Shown: in pieces, positions 1-12,836 of the stretch | How the letters are laid out: each line of letters starts with the position of its first letter | Numbering within the stretch: position 1 is the first letter of the stretch | Source: Lama guanicoe | Lineage: Eukaryota | Direction of reading: 5' to 3' | Assembly (NCBI GenBank): GCA_013239625.1 | Contig: MU053561.1 | Coordinates: forward strand, 2,496,283 to 2,560,282 | DNA: 64,000 bases | The notes under the pieces: generated by a model | The model's input: the letters and a program-made list of their open reading frames with translations, nothing else | Told to the model about the DNA's origin: nothing | Database searches by the model: none | Translations under genes and position numbers: made by a program

Positions 1-165
1 ATAGCTTTATTCTTTTCTGTCCTTCTCACTAAAATCCTTTTTGCAGTCCTCAAAGAGTGAAAACATCTCTATGTTGGCCAAAGTCATGCAAAAGGACACG
101 AACAAAACAGTCATGCAAAAGGGACACTAACCCTAGTGCTACATAATGTAAAGGAGGCTTATTTG

Positions 166-1339
166 ACACCATATACAAAAATAAACTCAAAATGGATTAA
201 AGACCTAAATGTAAGACTGGATACTTCTAAAACTCCTAGAGGAAAACAGGCAGAACACCCTGACATAAATCGCAGCAGTATCTTTTTGGATCCAACTCCT
301 AAAGTGAAGTAAATAAAAGCAAAAATAAACAAATGGGACCTAATTAAACTTAAAACATTTTCCACATCAAAGGAGACCACTGACAAATGAAGACAACCTA
401 CTGAATGGGAGAAAATATTTGTAAATGATGTGAGTGATGAGAGATTAATATCCAACATATATAAACAGCTCATAAAACTCAACATCAACAAAACAACCCA
501 CGTGGCAGAAGAACTGAACAGGCATTTTTTCCAAAGAAGAGATGCAGATGACCAACAGGCACATGAAAGGATGTTCAGCATCACTAATCATCAGGCAAAT
601 GCAAATCAAAACCACAATGAGCTATCACCTCACACCTGTCAGAATGGCTATCATCAAAAAGAACACAAGTAACATATGCTGGCGAGGATGTGGAGAAAAG
701 GGAAACCTTGTACACTGTTGATGGGAATGTAAATTGGTAAAGCCACCGTAGAAAACAGTATGGAGGTTTCTCAAAAAAAACTAAACACAGAACTACCATA
801 TGTCCCAGCAATTCCACTCCAGGGTTTATACCCAAAAAAACTAAAAACACTAATTCAAAAAGATACATGCACCCCAATGGTCAGAGCAGCATTATTTACC
901 AACCTAAGTGTCTATCAACTGATGAATGAATAAAGAAGATGTGGTGTGAATACTACTCACCATAAAAAAACAGAATTTTGCCATTTGCAGAAACATGAAT
1001 GGATTTGGAGGGCATTATGCTAAGTGAAATAAGTCAGAGAAAGACAAATACTGTATGATATCAATTACATGTGGAATCTAAAAAAATATAACAAACTAGT
1101 GAATATAATAAAAAAAAGAAACAGACACAGATATAGAGAACAAACTAGTGGTTACCAGTGGTGAGGGGAGGGGAAGGGGCAGCACAAGAGTGAGGGAATG
1201 AGAGATACAAACTACTGGTTATAAGGTGGGTTCAGGGATGTATTATACAAACACAGGGAACACAGCCCATATTTTGTATTAATTGTAAGTGGAAAGTAAA
1301 CTTTAAAAATTTTATTACAATTTTTTAAATTTTTTTTAA
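166..1339 (+). mobile_element. 5'-truncated LINE-1 (ORF2 C-terminal part + 3' UTR)
   Basis: Degenerate ORF2 end (acaccatatacaaaaataaactcaaaatggattaaagacctaaatgtaag; W/DLIKLK; CWRGC-like segment) and L1 3' UTR. TSD aaaggaggcttatttg (150-165) / aaagagggcttatttg (1340-1355). Confidence 0.92.
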
Positions 1340-3864
1340 AAAGAGGGCTTATTTGGGGGAAAAAAACTTCTAAGCAGATTTGAAGGAGGAGAGCCATCTG
1401 AGCTCTTATTAGAGTGGTATGCTTAGGCTGGGCATAGCTGCACAGGACTCATTAGGGTCAAGTGTTCAAGCAGAGAGCGGTCCACCCTCCCATCACAGTA
1501 GAGAGTGACCCTTCCCTACACTACTACTCTACTCTCTGTTTGTAGGAAAAGAAAGAGTAGGAACTTCCCTCAACTGGGAAAATGGCCTTGCTAGAAAGAG
1601 GATTCCCCAAAGCTCAGGTGCTTGTACTAGGTCGTTCTCCCAGGGGATTCCAGGGCCCTCCAGATGGGCACCTCGCTCAGTCAAGGAAAAGGAACAATCA
1701 TACTACCTACCCACCAGCCACCACAGGGAGGGTCAGGCAATCGTCACTAATACAAATGTCACTGGACTACTGATCAGGTGAAATGGTAGCACAAAGGGTG
1801 ACCAACTTTCTTTAAGAGCTTCCACGTGGGTATGGCCACACTGACCCAGCCCTCTGCCAGGCGTGGAAAGAAGAGGCCTGCAGGACTCTGCTCAGATTTC
1901 ATTAGGACCCAAGTTGTGATTTATAAACAAAAAAATCCTCTGGAGTTACACAGCCAGAAAGGGCCACGATAGTGGACCTCTAAGTTCTCTTTTGCAATTT
2001 GAAGACCACCCGCAGTATCTTATTCCCACAGCAGAGACAGCTTCTGAGTTGGCTAAATGATCAAGTCTTTCCCTCTGGCTTTCGTCTCTGCTTCAGGTAC
2101 TCAGTTGCTCCCTGGGCAAATGATGGTCCAAAATCCTATCATTAACAACATGAAAATAGTACAAATGTCTCAAACATGGATTATGGAGCAGCTGTAATTT
2201 ACAACAAAGGAAGCGGGTCACTTTAACTGAAAGATCACATGTATTTTTGGTAGTTAGCAAAAACAAAAGAAACAAAAAAAACCCCTGAAAATTCTCAAAT
2301 TTTTAATCTCCAGCTTTCATCACCCTCTCCTGATTCAGACATGTTCCCAACTACTGACCAGGCACCTCCATCTGAAGTTACCTCATTCTAAACATATCCA
2401 AAACAAACTCATTTTTGTGAGTTGTTCTATCTGTTTAAGTTATCCAAGCTAGAGGTTTCAGAGTCATCTTTGACCCCTAACAAGTCCTAATTAATTAGTC
2501 ATCAATTCTTGTCAATTACACTGTCAAAATGCCTCTATAATCTATCTTCTCCTCTTCATTCTTACTGTTCCTGCCTAACTCATCATCTTCTCTCGAGGTG
2601 CCTCTAAACTAATCTTCCTGACTCCAGTTTCATTTTAATTTTTGATTCAAGAACCACCCCTCTGAAGCATGGTGGAAATACAAGACTGACCTCTTCTGAA
2701 CAAAGTAATTTGCCTCAGGAGGGGAAAACCAAGAATTCATTAGGCCTGATTCACGACAGAGGAGCGAGAGAGGGGAAGGGAGTTGGCAAGACAGAGGGAA
2801 AATGGCCATGCAACTAGTGGGTTAAATTAGCTAAGAATCTATTAAGATTCAAAATGGGGACCATTAGTTTTCCCTAACTGATATGCAAAAGAACTCGAGT
2901 ATGTACATACTCTAAAAATTACAGATTTTTAATTTTACAGAGAAAAAAATGACTCCTAAATCCACCACCCTAATAATGATTCCCATCTGTACATGCCCTT
3001 TCGGTCTTTGTCTACTGCACACATATTTTATACAGCTGCATCATAGCCTTCATCTTGGGTAAATATAGAGAATTGTACACCTAAAGATTTGACAAGTTGG
3101 AAAAACAACTGGCTGTACTTAATCTCATGCATTTCAATTGAAGAATTTTCAGTCTGGAGTACATCATTCATTAAAGAGTAGTTCCTGCTCGTGAAGACTG
3201 AAGTTGCAGCCTGGATTGTATCTACGCGATATTAGACTAAAGTGCAGAATTTGGCAAGGTATTATAGATTTAAAACTGGTAGACCTCAGATATGAGGGAA
3301 ATACCTAATGTCCAGAAAATAGAAAAGAATCTCTTACCTTCATAGCACCTTCTGGCTTTTATTAGCAGCATCTTTAAAATGGAGGAATAATGTCTATTTC
3401 ACAGGGCTTTTGCGAGGAATAAGTGCACTGTAAACTGCAAAAAAAAAAAATGGTATGAATGTAAGGAAAAATGATTAGTATCACTCATGAGGCTGTATCT
3501 CTCACCAAGCTCCAAAACTGAAAAACCACACCCTTGCTTCCTATTCTGGATCTCCCCCACCACCCCTCCCAGAATGCTACAACAGAGAGGCAGAAACAGA
3601 GCTCAGCTGGAGCTGAGAGAAACAACCAACCGATTTCTCTTTGGACCGTCAGGGACATTTCACCAAGAGTTTTATGGGGTTCATACTAGGAATTTGGGAA
3701 CTATTTTTACTATTTATAAAGGTCTAACCTGAAATTATACTGTTATCAGCAGTAAAGCTTTACAGGCTAAATAAAACATCAAGGCTCACTTTATTTTTTC
3801 TCATTTTTTCCTTTTAAATGGAATTATATAAAATAAATATGCATTTCATAGAAAAACTAATCGT

Positions 3865-4320
3865 TGATTTATTTAATAAATATTGTATGAGGCCCCACAG
3901 TAATCACAGAGGACAAAAAGATGAGTAAGTCATAATTCTTGCCTTTAAGGAACTCACAGTGCAGTGAAGACAAATAAGTTTAATGGGCAGGTATAATATT
4001 TTATGGCAAGGGCAATAATGAAGACAATCACAATAAAGGGAATAAATGAAGGGCTCTCAACCTAGGCTTGAGTGGGACTAGGTGGTCAAGGAAGGCTTCC
4101 TGGAGGAAGTGAAATCTTAAAAAAATCTTCTGGGAGTTATACAGGCAAAGTCGGTGTGTGAAGGAAAAGGGGGAGGCCAGATGATACATCCAGGCAATGG
4201 GAGCAATACATGCAAACAGCCAAAGGTGAGAGAAAACGTGTTACCAAGAAATTGTGGGTCAGTAGGGCCCCACTGTAGAATTAGGATACAGGAGTGACAG
4301 AGACAGGGTGTAGACACAAT
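3865..4320 (-). mobile_element. L2 LINE 3' fragment
   Basis: Reverse complement of L2 3' end motifs: tttaataaatattg, tgcctttaaggaactcacagt, ggaaggcttcctggaggaagtga. Confidence 0.65.
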
Positions 4321-4445
4321 GGCATTTTACCCCAACTTTTATTTGGAAAATTTCCACACTTAGAAAACTTGAAAAAATAGTGCAATGAGTACCTATATTC
4401 TGTTCACCTAGATAATATGGGTGGGGGTCAGGGTGGGGGGGAAGA

Positions 4446-5362
4446 GAATGAAGCCAAAAGCTGGTTCTCTGAAAAGATGAAAAAAAATAGATAAACCTTT
4501 AGCCAGACTCATCAAGGAAGAAAAGGGAGAGGGCCCAAATCAGTAAAATGAGAAATGACAAAGAAAAACTACAACTGACAGCACAGAAATACAAAGGATC
4601 ATAAGAGGCTACTACGAGCAACTAAGTATATGCCAGTAAGACGGGCAAAGGCACAATCTCCCAAGCCTGAACCAGGAAGAAATAGAAAATATGAACAAGC
4701 CAGTTACCAGCACTGAAACTGAACTAGTAATTAAAAAACTCCCAGCAAACAAAATTCCAGAGCCAGATGGCTTCACAGGTGAATTCTACCAAATATTCAG
4801 AGAAGAGCGAATGCCCGTCCTTCTGAAACTATCCCAGAAGACTGAAGAGGAAGGAACACTTCCAAACTCATCCTATGAGGCCACCGTCACTCTGATACCA
4901 AAAATATCACACACAAAAAAAGAAAATTACAGGCCAACATCACCGATGAATATGGATGCAAAACTCTTCAACAAAATACTAGCAAACCAACTCCTATGAT
5001 ACGTTGCAAGGATCCTACAGCATGGTCAAGGGGGATTTATCCCAGGGATGCAGGGGTTTGTCAGTATCCTTAAATCAATCAGTGTGATGCACCACAGTAA
5101 CAAACTGAAGAATGAAAAACACATGATCTGGGGAAGAGGGATAAATAAGGACTTTGGGATTAACAGATACACACTATTATATATAAAACAGATAATAAAG
5201 ACCTACTGTGTAGCACAGGGAACTATATTCAATATCTTGTAACATCCTATAATGTAAAATAATCTGAAAAAGAAAATATATATGTCTGTGTGTAACTGAA
5301 TCACTTTGCTGCACACCTGAGACTAACAAACTGTAAATCTACTATGTCTCAATTTTTTTTTA
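4446..5362 (+). mobile_element. LINE-1 fragment: ORF2 Z/RT-start region joined directly to 3' UTR
   Basis: ORF 4691-4999 has L1 ORF2 motifs (PEPDGFTGEFYQ, LPNSSYEATVTLIPK, KKENYRPTSPMNMDAKLFNKILAN). Switches to 3' UTR sequence at about 5129. Confidence 0.88.
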
Positions 5363-5754
5363 AGTAAGATAAAGTCTAAGATTGCTAACAAAAAAAGTTG
5401 TTAACTCCTAATGTTTTCAGTTCTTCTAAGAAAATGTTTTTTATTGTTGGCCACTTGGCCACAGACTCCATATTTACATGCTCCAGAGAACCTAGTATAG
5501 TAGTAAAAGACCGAATTAGTCAATTATCACCTGGTCCTGTCAAAATGAATTAAGTAACATAAGTCTTTGTTGGGTGGGGTTAGGGGAGGAACATGGCAAT
5601 CCCAAGTAGTTTGAGGGGTAACAGAGGAATCAAACCAAGGCAAGTCCTGGAGGAGAATACTCCTTGTAGGAGGCAGCAAAACTTAGGTGTTGGAATGAGA
5701 AGGTTGTACCGAAGATAAACTCTAGCAGTAACACTGTTTTACCAAGGCTTACAG

Positions 5755-6622
5755 CAGTGCTGTCCAGTAGAAATTTAATGTGAGCGGTCTGTGTAATTTT
5801 ATTTTAGAAGCCACATTTAAAAAGTAAAAAAGAAACAATTAAAAAGAAATTTAATAAGAAATTTTATTTAATAGATTTTAATTAAAATATTATCACTTTT
5901 AGATAAATAAACTGTAGGACATTCATATATTGGACTATTATTCAGTGCTAAAAAAAATGAGCTATCAAGCTATGAAGACATGGAAGAATCTTAAATGCAC
6001 GTTGTTAAGTGAAAGAAGAATCTGAAAAGGCTACATAGCGTATGATTCCAAACGTATGACACTCTGGAAAGGGCAAGACTATAGACAGTAAAAAGATGAG
6101 CGGTTGCCAGGGGCTTGGGAGAAGAGAAGCACAGGGGATTTTTAGGGCAGTGAAACTATTCTGTATGACATTGTAATGGTGTAGGTCATTACACATTTGT
6201 CAAAACCCACAGAATGTACAAAACCAAGAGTAAACCCTAATGTAATGTAATGTAATTATGCGTCAATGATGCTTCATTAATTATAACAAATGTTAACTCC
6301 CTAGTGCAGAACGTTGGTAGGGGGGGAAGCTGCAGGGTGGGTGGGGAGGGGATATATAAGAACTCTCTGTACTTTCTGCTCAATTTTGCTGTGAATTTAA
6401 AACTACTCTAAAAAAAAGTCTACATTTAAATATATATATGTATATTTTTTAACATGCAATCAATATAAAATATTACTAAATGAGATTTTTTGCATTTTTT
6501 CATAATAAATCTTAGAAACCAGCATGTATTTTACACTTACACCATTTCTAATTCATATTAACCACATTTTAAATGCTCAAAAGCCACTCAATGGCTAGTG
6601 GCTCCCATACTGGACAGCACAA
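5755..6622. mobile_element. hAT-Charlie MITE (MER33/MER3-like) split by an old L1M 3' fragment (about 5900-6420)
   Basis: Termini cagtgctgtccagtag ... atactggacagcac. Imperfect 8-bp TSD gcttacag/gtctacag. Interior carries L1MC-type 3' sequence (gagctatcaagctatgaagacatggaagaatcttaaatgc). Confidence 0.7.
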
Positions 6623-6865
6623 GTCTACAGCCGTGGCAGCACCAAGCCATACTGGAGACATAAATGAAGAACAAGTATTTTGCTCTGCAAATGAAGCTTC
6701 CCAAGAAGTCTGAGTCTTTTTTCCACCCAGATTGCTGGCTCTCAACTCCTCTCACACAGACACTCAGGTGCATCCTCCCTGTGAGCCCCCTCCCCAGTCC
6801 AGCCCTCTAGATAGTATCACTCTGAAGATTTTTCTGATGGGAATCTGTCTAAAAGAGATGCACAG

Positions 6866-7035
6866 GGGGGAGGGTATAGCTCAAGCAGTAGAGTGCATGC
6901 TTAGTATGCATGAGGTCCTGGGTTCAATCCCCAGTACCTCCTCTAAAAATAAACAAATAAACCTAATTACCTCCCCCCACCAAAAAAATAAAAAAAGAAA
7001 TAAAAAAAATACTAACTAAATGAATGAATAAAAGT
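6866..7035 (+). mobile_element. tRNA-derived camelid-type SINE (Vic-1-like)
   Basis: A box tagctcaagcagtag, B box ggttcaatccc, aaacctaattacctccccc tail, A-rich end. TSD aaaagagatgcacag/aaaagagaggtacag. Confidence 0.9.
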
Positions 7036-8133
7036 AAAAGAGAGGTACAGAACAACAAAGAATAGAAGGAATTTATCACACCAGAGCTTCCTGAAACACG
7101 TCATTAATATTAGGCGTACTCCTTATTAATAACAGGGGGAAAAAAGCTTTCAGGTCCTAAACACTATGCAGAAAGTGAAGAATTTAATAAAATGCAGTGC
7201 AGACTTAAACGCTACCTAGAAAATAGGTACTTAAGAAAAAAATTGCTGTCATTATAGAAATAAATAACCAGGTTTTGCCTTAGTTGGTGGGGATTATTTA
7301 TATTTCCTTGCAACTAGAAACATCACTTATTTATATTTCATAGCAATAGTCCTGGAACTAATGTGTAGACTTCTCTGTATGCCATGAAATATTATAATCT
7401 ACTCATGTTCCAAATGCTGTTACCAAGCTGTGGGTGCACTTTAGTTCAGAAAAATTAGCTGTCGTTTGAATTACAAAAGGCACATGTTAAATCACAGCCT
7501 GCCTTTTTATAGTCATCATTTTCAGGTTCTATCATGCAAAAAAATGAGAAAAAAAGACTTTTTTTGCTTACCATTTCCAATAGCTCTTCCAAATGAAGGA
7601 AAAGGAAAAAACAGAAAGTAGACCAATTATAACAAAATACAGTGCAGTTCCACAGAATCCTGCAAAGAAAACAAGCATGGCATAAAGCAGAATGCATACA
7701 GACCCTGTAAGTTTTATTTATAGTCACAAAAATCATTATTAAATGCCCAACTCCCACTTGAATCCTCTTTGAAATAAAGGAAGAAATCTAAAAACAAATA
7801 CATAAAATTGGCATTTAATTGAATATTGCATTTTTAAATATATAAATTCTACATGAAAAGTCAAGTTTTTTTCATCTTTACATCTAAACCTTTTCAAACA
7901 AGTATCTTAATATAATCTTAATATAATTTAACAAAATGACATGATCATCTGGGATGACTTAAAATACTCCAACAAAAAAACATGATCATAAAAGTTGGGG
8001 AAATATGTAAGAATGACAGAACGCTGTTAACTGGTAAAGCTGAGTGATGGGTACTTGGACGTGGGCCATGCCTTTCTCGCCGCTTGTACACAGCTTACAT
8101 TTAAAGTTTTCCAAATCAAAAAGTTCAACAATT

Positions 8134-8201
8134 AGCTTTGCACAGTGGCAGTACTGTAGCCAGTGAGGTTTATCTGAGGCGCAACTATTGCTAATTGAAA
8201 A
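8134..8201 (+). pseudogene. U4 snRNA retropseudogene, 3'-truncated (first ~68 nt)
   Basis: agctttgcacagtggcagtactgtagccagtgaggtttatctgaggcgcaactattgctaattgaaaa matches the U4 5' end. 16-bp TSD aaaaagttcaacaatt (8118-8133)/aaaaagttcaaaaatt (8202-8217). No Sm site. Confidence 0.92.
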
Positions 8202-10487
8202 AAAAAGTTCAAAAATTGTTGATGGTAAGTTTTAAAATATATGGATATCTTTAAGGAAAAGAATTGTTGATTGGTTGTCTCTGACTCAGGGCGTGGCACA
8301 GGAGATTTACTATTTATTTACGCTTTTCTAAACTGTTCACATGTTTTGATCAAACACTATTTTATCAATGAAAAAATATCTAAATACACACATATATATG
8401 TATGTATATAACACATACACCGAACTACACACATACATACACTTACATCATATATCTGTGTGGATGTACGTGTTTTGGTTAAGTGTAGAGCACTTAAACT
8501 TATTGAGGTTACTGGTAATGCATTTAGCTCTGCATTTTATCAGCTGTGGGTCCTTAGGCAAGTCACTTCTGAGCCTTCTCAAGGTTAACATTTAAATGAG
8601 AAAATACATTTGAAAATACCCGGCATAATACAGGTATTCACTCAGTGTTGGTTTAAATGACATATAATATGTGGAGAGAACCGGGTTTATTACTGAGGTA
8701 GGCCTGCCCCTAACATGAGGGACCGTGAGCAAGGGGAGAACAGAGGCGTCCAGCCCATGGTCTGTTCTCTGTCTGCCCAACAGAGAGGCCTCACACATGC
8801 ACGTGTGGATACCCCAACAAACCTGATTAAGCTCCACCACCCCAACAGCTGCCCTCTGATCACTCCTGAGGCCTAGGTATGGGCACACTTAACCTGTCTA
8901 CTCCCAAAGAAGAGCCAGCACAGGCCCTGGAAGTGGACTTCTGGCTAACTGTCAGGGAATTTCAAGGAACCTCAGCAGCTAGAATCTAGTCTGGAATGTG
9001 CGCTTGTCACGGGGGGAGGCAGGTGTAGTGGGGAGATGTACTGGTTGAATTCCTTGGCCCCTGGGAAAGGATGTGACTGGAGAAGGGCCACAGTGGGTCC
9101 CTTCAAAGCAAGGGGCCCAGAGCAGGGGACCCAGGGGTCTTCTCTAAAAGTAGCACTGATTAGACACAAGGTGTTGTACTGAACCACTCAACAGAGTGGC
9201 AGTCAGAAGACATGGATTCTTGTCCCACTTCTGCCAGTAACTTCTTGTGTGACCCTAGGCCAATGTCTTTACCTAGCCATATACCTCGATTATCTCACAC
9301 ATCCATTCAATACATAATTATTGGGCTCCAATTATGGGTCAGGCATGCATCTAGATACTGTGGATATACACAGAATTCAACAGACAACAGTCTTTGCCCT
9401 CAAAGACTTACCATTTTGATGGGGAACAAGCCATGAAGACATCTAGGGCAAACATATTCCAAACAAAGGGTCTCTTCTAAATCAAAATTTTCATGATTAA
9501 TCTTGCAAGTTGGCATGTTCATTAAATACAAATCACAAAAGAATCCTAAGAGGAAAAAAATAGCATGTCAAATTATAATGCAACACTATAAAGAGTACAA
9601 AGCATGACATTTATGATCCATTCTCTAACACAACAGTATGAGCACTCCACACCTGCTACTCTAATTTTAATCACAAGAATCATCACCATATGCAGCACAA
9701 CAGCCAATCCCTAAATATGCATAAAGTTTTCTTTATATTATTACCAATTTTAATTATGTATATTGTGTATAGAAGATATTTATATGGAAGATATGATCAC
9801 AAAGCATTTAACCACATTAATTTATTTAATAAATACATTAATACAATGTATTTTTAAAACGTTAATATGAGCTTTATTATTTATTATTTAATTTACACTT
9901 GATAAATATAGAAATGTTATTTACACAGAGATGAATAGGGTGTGCAATAATGTACAGATAGTCTAAGAAGAGCTTATATTTATTCCAAACCAACCAAGAC
10001 TGAATGCAGCTTCCTGACTACATCAATAGATGTTTGGTGGTCATGGCAGAGCATCTGGTCAGATGACTAGGAGTCAAGTGAGAAGACCTAGAAGATCTTG
10101 GATAAGACAGCGAAAAATGTTTTTCTGAAAAGGTAGGCAGTTAAATAATAATGGAACTTCTGTCTCGTTTAGTTCCAGCCCGACTTAAAAGCAGTCACAC
10201 AAGGGGAGCCCCAGAGCTCAGATCATTCTAGCCACTGCATCCTACACCTTCTCAAAATTGAAGTTTCCCATTTATCACAAAATATCCACTATAAGGAACT
10301 ATTTACACTTGTTAGACCCCACAATTAGAATCATTCATTCAAAGTACAGTGAACTTCTAGATACAAATCAAAGCACCCATAATGCACTGCAGCCAAGTTC
10401 TCCCTCTATGCTTGGTTCAAAATAAAACAGAATGGTGTGCATGCACTGTCCCAGCTTTATTAGTAGCAGTGTTTTTTATTGCAGCTA

Positions 10488-10507
10488 CTTCCACTAGATG
10501 GCACTAA
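10488..10507 (+). promoter_or_regulatory. Candidate CTCF core motif
   Basis: ttCCACTAGATGGCACta matches CCASYAGRKGGCRS. Motif match only. Confidence 0.55.
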
Positions 10508-10644
10508 AGACTCTGTTTTAGAAATCAGGTTCTGGGGGAAGGAATCAGAAGGCAAAAATGATCCATCTGAAATAAACAATACATTTCTTCAGTCTTCTGT
10601 CCTATCATTATGATCAGTTTCTTAGAAATTAAACATGAACCTTG

Positions 10645-12110
10645 GCCATTTACTCACTCATCAAACATTTACTGAACCACACTATGTTTGAGACATGCTC
10701 AACGTTAAGAATGCAGAAATAAAATACAATTCCTTGTCCTCAAGAGAACGCAGTGTGGGAGGGGTGGGCTACAGAGAGGGCAGAATCAGACAAGCAAGTA
10801 TAAAACTGAAATGCAGAATGTTAAAAGATCTAATATCAATAAAAAATGTTAAAAAAAAAAGATTTAATAGAGGTCATGACAGAATACCACAGGAAGCACA
10901 CAGAGGGATACCGAATAAAGATGTGGTCAATGAAGGATTCCTAGAGAAGCTGATGTCTGAAAACTGAGCTCTGAAGAATGGGTAGGAATTAACTAGGCAG
11001 GGAGAATGGGCAGGACGTCCTAAGCAGAGCAAGTGGCTTGCACAATCATACAAAAGGCTGATGCTCAGGTGCAGGATAGGGTCAGGCTGGGGCAGTGCAA
11101 GAAATGAGGCTGGCTGAGCTGGTAAAGACAGAGTCAAGGGAAGCCCCCGCTAGAAGATAGTCTGCTTGAGAGCAGGGATTTTTGCTTGTTCTACACAATG
11201 ATACATCCTGGCACATGGCCAAAGTCCCTCCCTTCATGGGATGTATTGTTCTAGGGGGGAGCTAGCCATGAAGACATTCAGGGAAAACATTCCAGGTGCT
11301 TAAAGGATATTTGATGAATAAACGAAGGTACTGAACAGCTACTCAAGATCATGATCAGACTGCAGTTTCAAAAAGATCTCTAACAGGACTATAGCGAGTG
11401 GGTTGGAAATAGGAATACTTAACTAGCAATCCAAACAAAGTATGATAAGAATCTGAACTAAAGCAGGAACAGCAGGGAGGGAGTAGATTCAGAGACACGA
11501 TGCAGGAAATAGTGGTAACAGTAAGAAGACCCCTAGAAGAAGTGGGCTGGCGCTTTACATGTATCACCTCCAAATCCCACAGCAGCCAAGGGAGGAGGAA
11601 ATGTTGTTTTGTTTTGTTTAAAAAAGGGCCAAAGGACCCTGGGAAACAGCCACGTTTAAGAGCCAGGTGGAAGAAATAGTGTAGCACAGGGAGAAAGACA
11701 AAGAGTGGTTAGAGGGGTGGGAAGAGGAAGGAAAATCTAGAATAGTGTTATGGCAACCAAAGAGGAGAGAGTCTCAAGAAGAAACTCAATGTCAAAAGCG
11801 CTGGCCAACTCTGGTAGATAATAACTGAGAAGTGTCCACTGGATATAGCCAAGTGGGAAGTTATCAGGGACTTTGCCAGAAGCAATTTCAGGGAACGGTG
11901 AGAGCAAAAGCCAGACTGTACTGCGCTCAGGAGTAAATCGTGAGGAGAAGAATTAGAGAAGCTAGTGTAGACTGTTCTTTTTAAGAGGCAGAGAGAAATC
12001 AGGAGCCAGAGGGGCACAGGGTAGGAGAAGAGACCTAAGCATAGGTATGAGCTGAAAGGAAAATCCACCAGAAAAGACAGGATGAAGACAGAGGAGAAGG
12101 GGGAGGCAGC
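10645..12110 (-). mobile_element. L2 LINE remnant (3' end to RT region)
   Basis: Reverse complement of L2 tail at about 10650 (catttactcactcatcaaacatttactga). Minus ORF 11748-12068 has a degenerate L2 RT motif (VQSGFCSHRS...SGHFSVII). Confidence 0.7.
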
Positions 12111-12765
12111 TGAGACTGGGCTTCAGAAGGCAGGCCTTAGGAGAAAGGATCCTCCTTGCTTTGAACTAAGGAAGAAGGATGGTGAGTGACTGAAACAGGT
12201 ATAATGGTGAAAGGTAAGTCTGACATAGCTCTAGGGTCCACGTTCTAAACCCTCACTCAGTGTCTGGTAGTGCTGATCAGGCCAATTGTCTGATCCAGGC
12301 CTGCCTGATGTCCCGCTGCATCCTCCTCCCTTCCTGGCCTTCTTGTCTCTGGAACTTCCCCTGTCTGAGGCCACAGGAGTGGGCTGAAACCCTTCAGACA
12401 CCTTGCTGGAGGTCACCGCTTTCATCCGTCCTGTTCCTCTGATCCCGTGACTTCCGTACTTCCTGTAACTGTTCTGCTGCCTGGGGTCCCCAGAAAGATG
12501 AAGCCGTATGTGAGCACGGAACAAAACACTAACTAATTCTGGGGAAGGAGAATCCTTACACAATCCTCTCCCATAATTTCACCCCATGTTGCTTACAGTC
12601 TGCACGACCCACAGAACCCTTGGTTGCATGTAGTCCTGTTTGTTCCACTTTGAGGTCACTGATTTGCCTCACCAGTAACAAGTCTTTATGAGATGTCTGC
12701 TGTGTAGGCACGGGGCTGGCTGCCAAGGGTTTTTCATCTTAATAGACAAAGAATACGTGTGCATT

Positions 12766-12836
12766 TGTGTGTGTGTGTGTGTATGCGTATATCTATATAC
12801 ATACACACATGCACACATACAAACATATACATACAT
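12766..12836. repeat. (TG)n followed by imperfect (TACA/CA)n microsatellite
   Basis: tgtgtgtgtgtgtgtgtatgcgtatatctatatacatacacacatgcacacatac. Confidence 0.8.

Noticed and set aside
6866..6940. tRNA-Ala-like genes (also at 21320, 37149, 45535, 51059, 62268)
   Set aside because: They have A-rich tails, TSDs and broken stems, so they are SINEs rather than tRNA genes.
12230..12670. GC-richer island with tandem ETS-like motifs (acttccg, acttcctg), possibly an LTR or enhancer
   Set aside because: Could not identify termini, TSD or family from the sequence alone.
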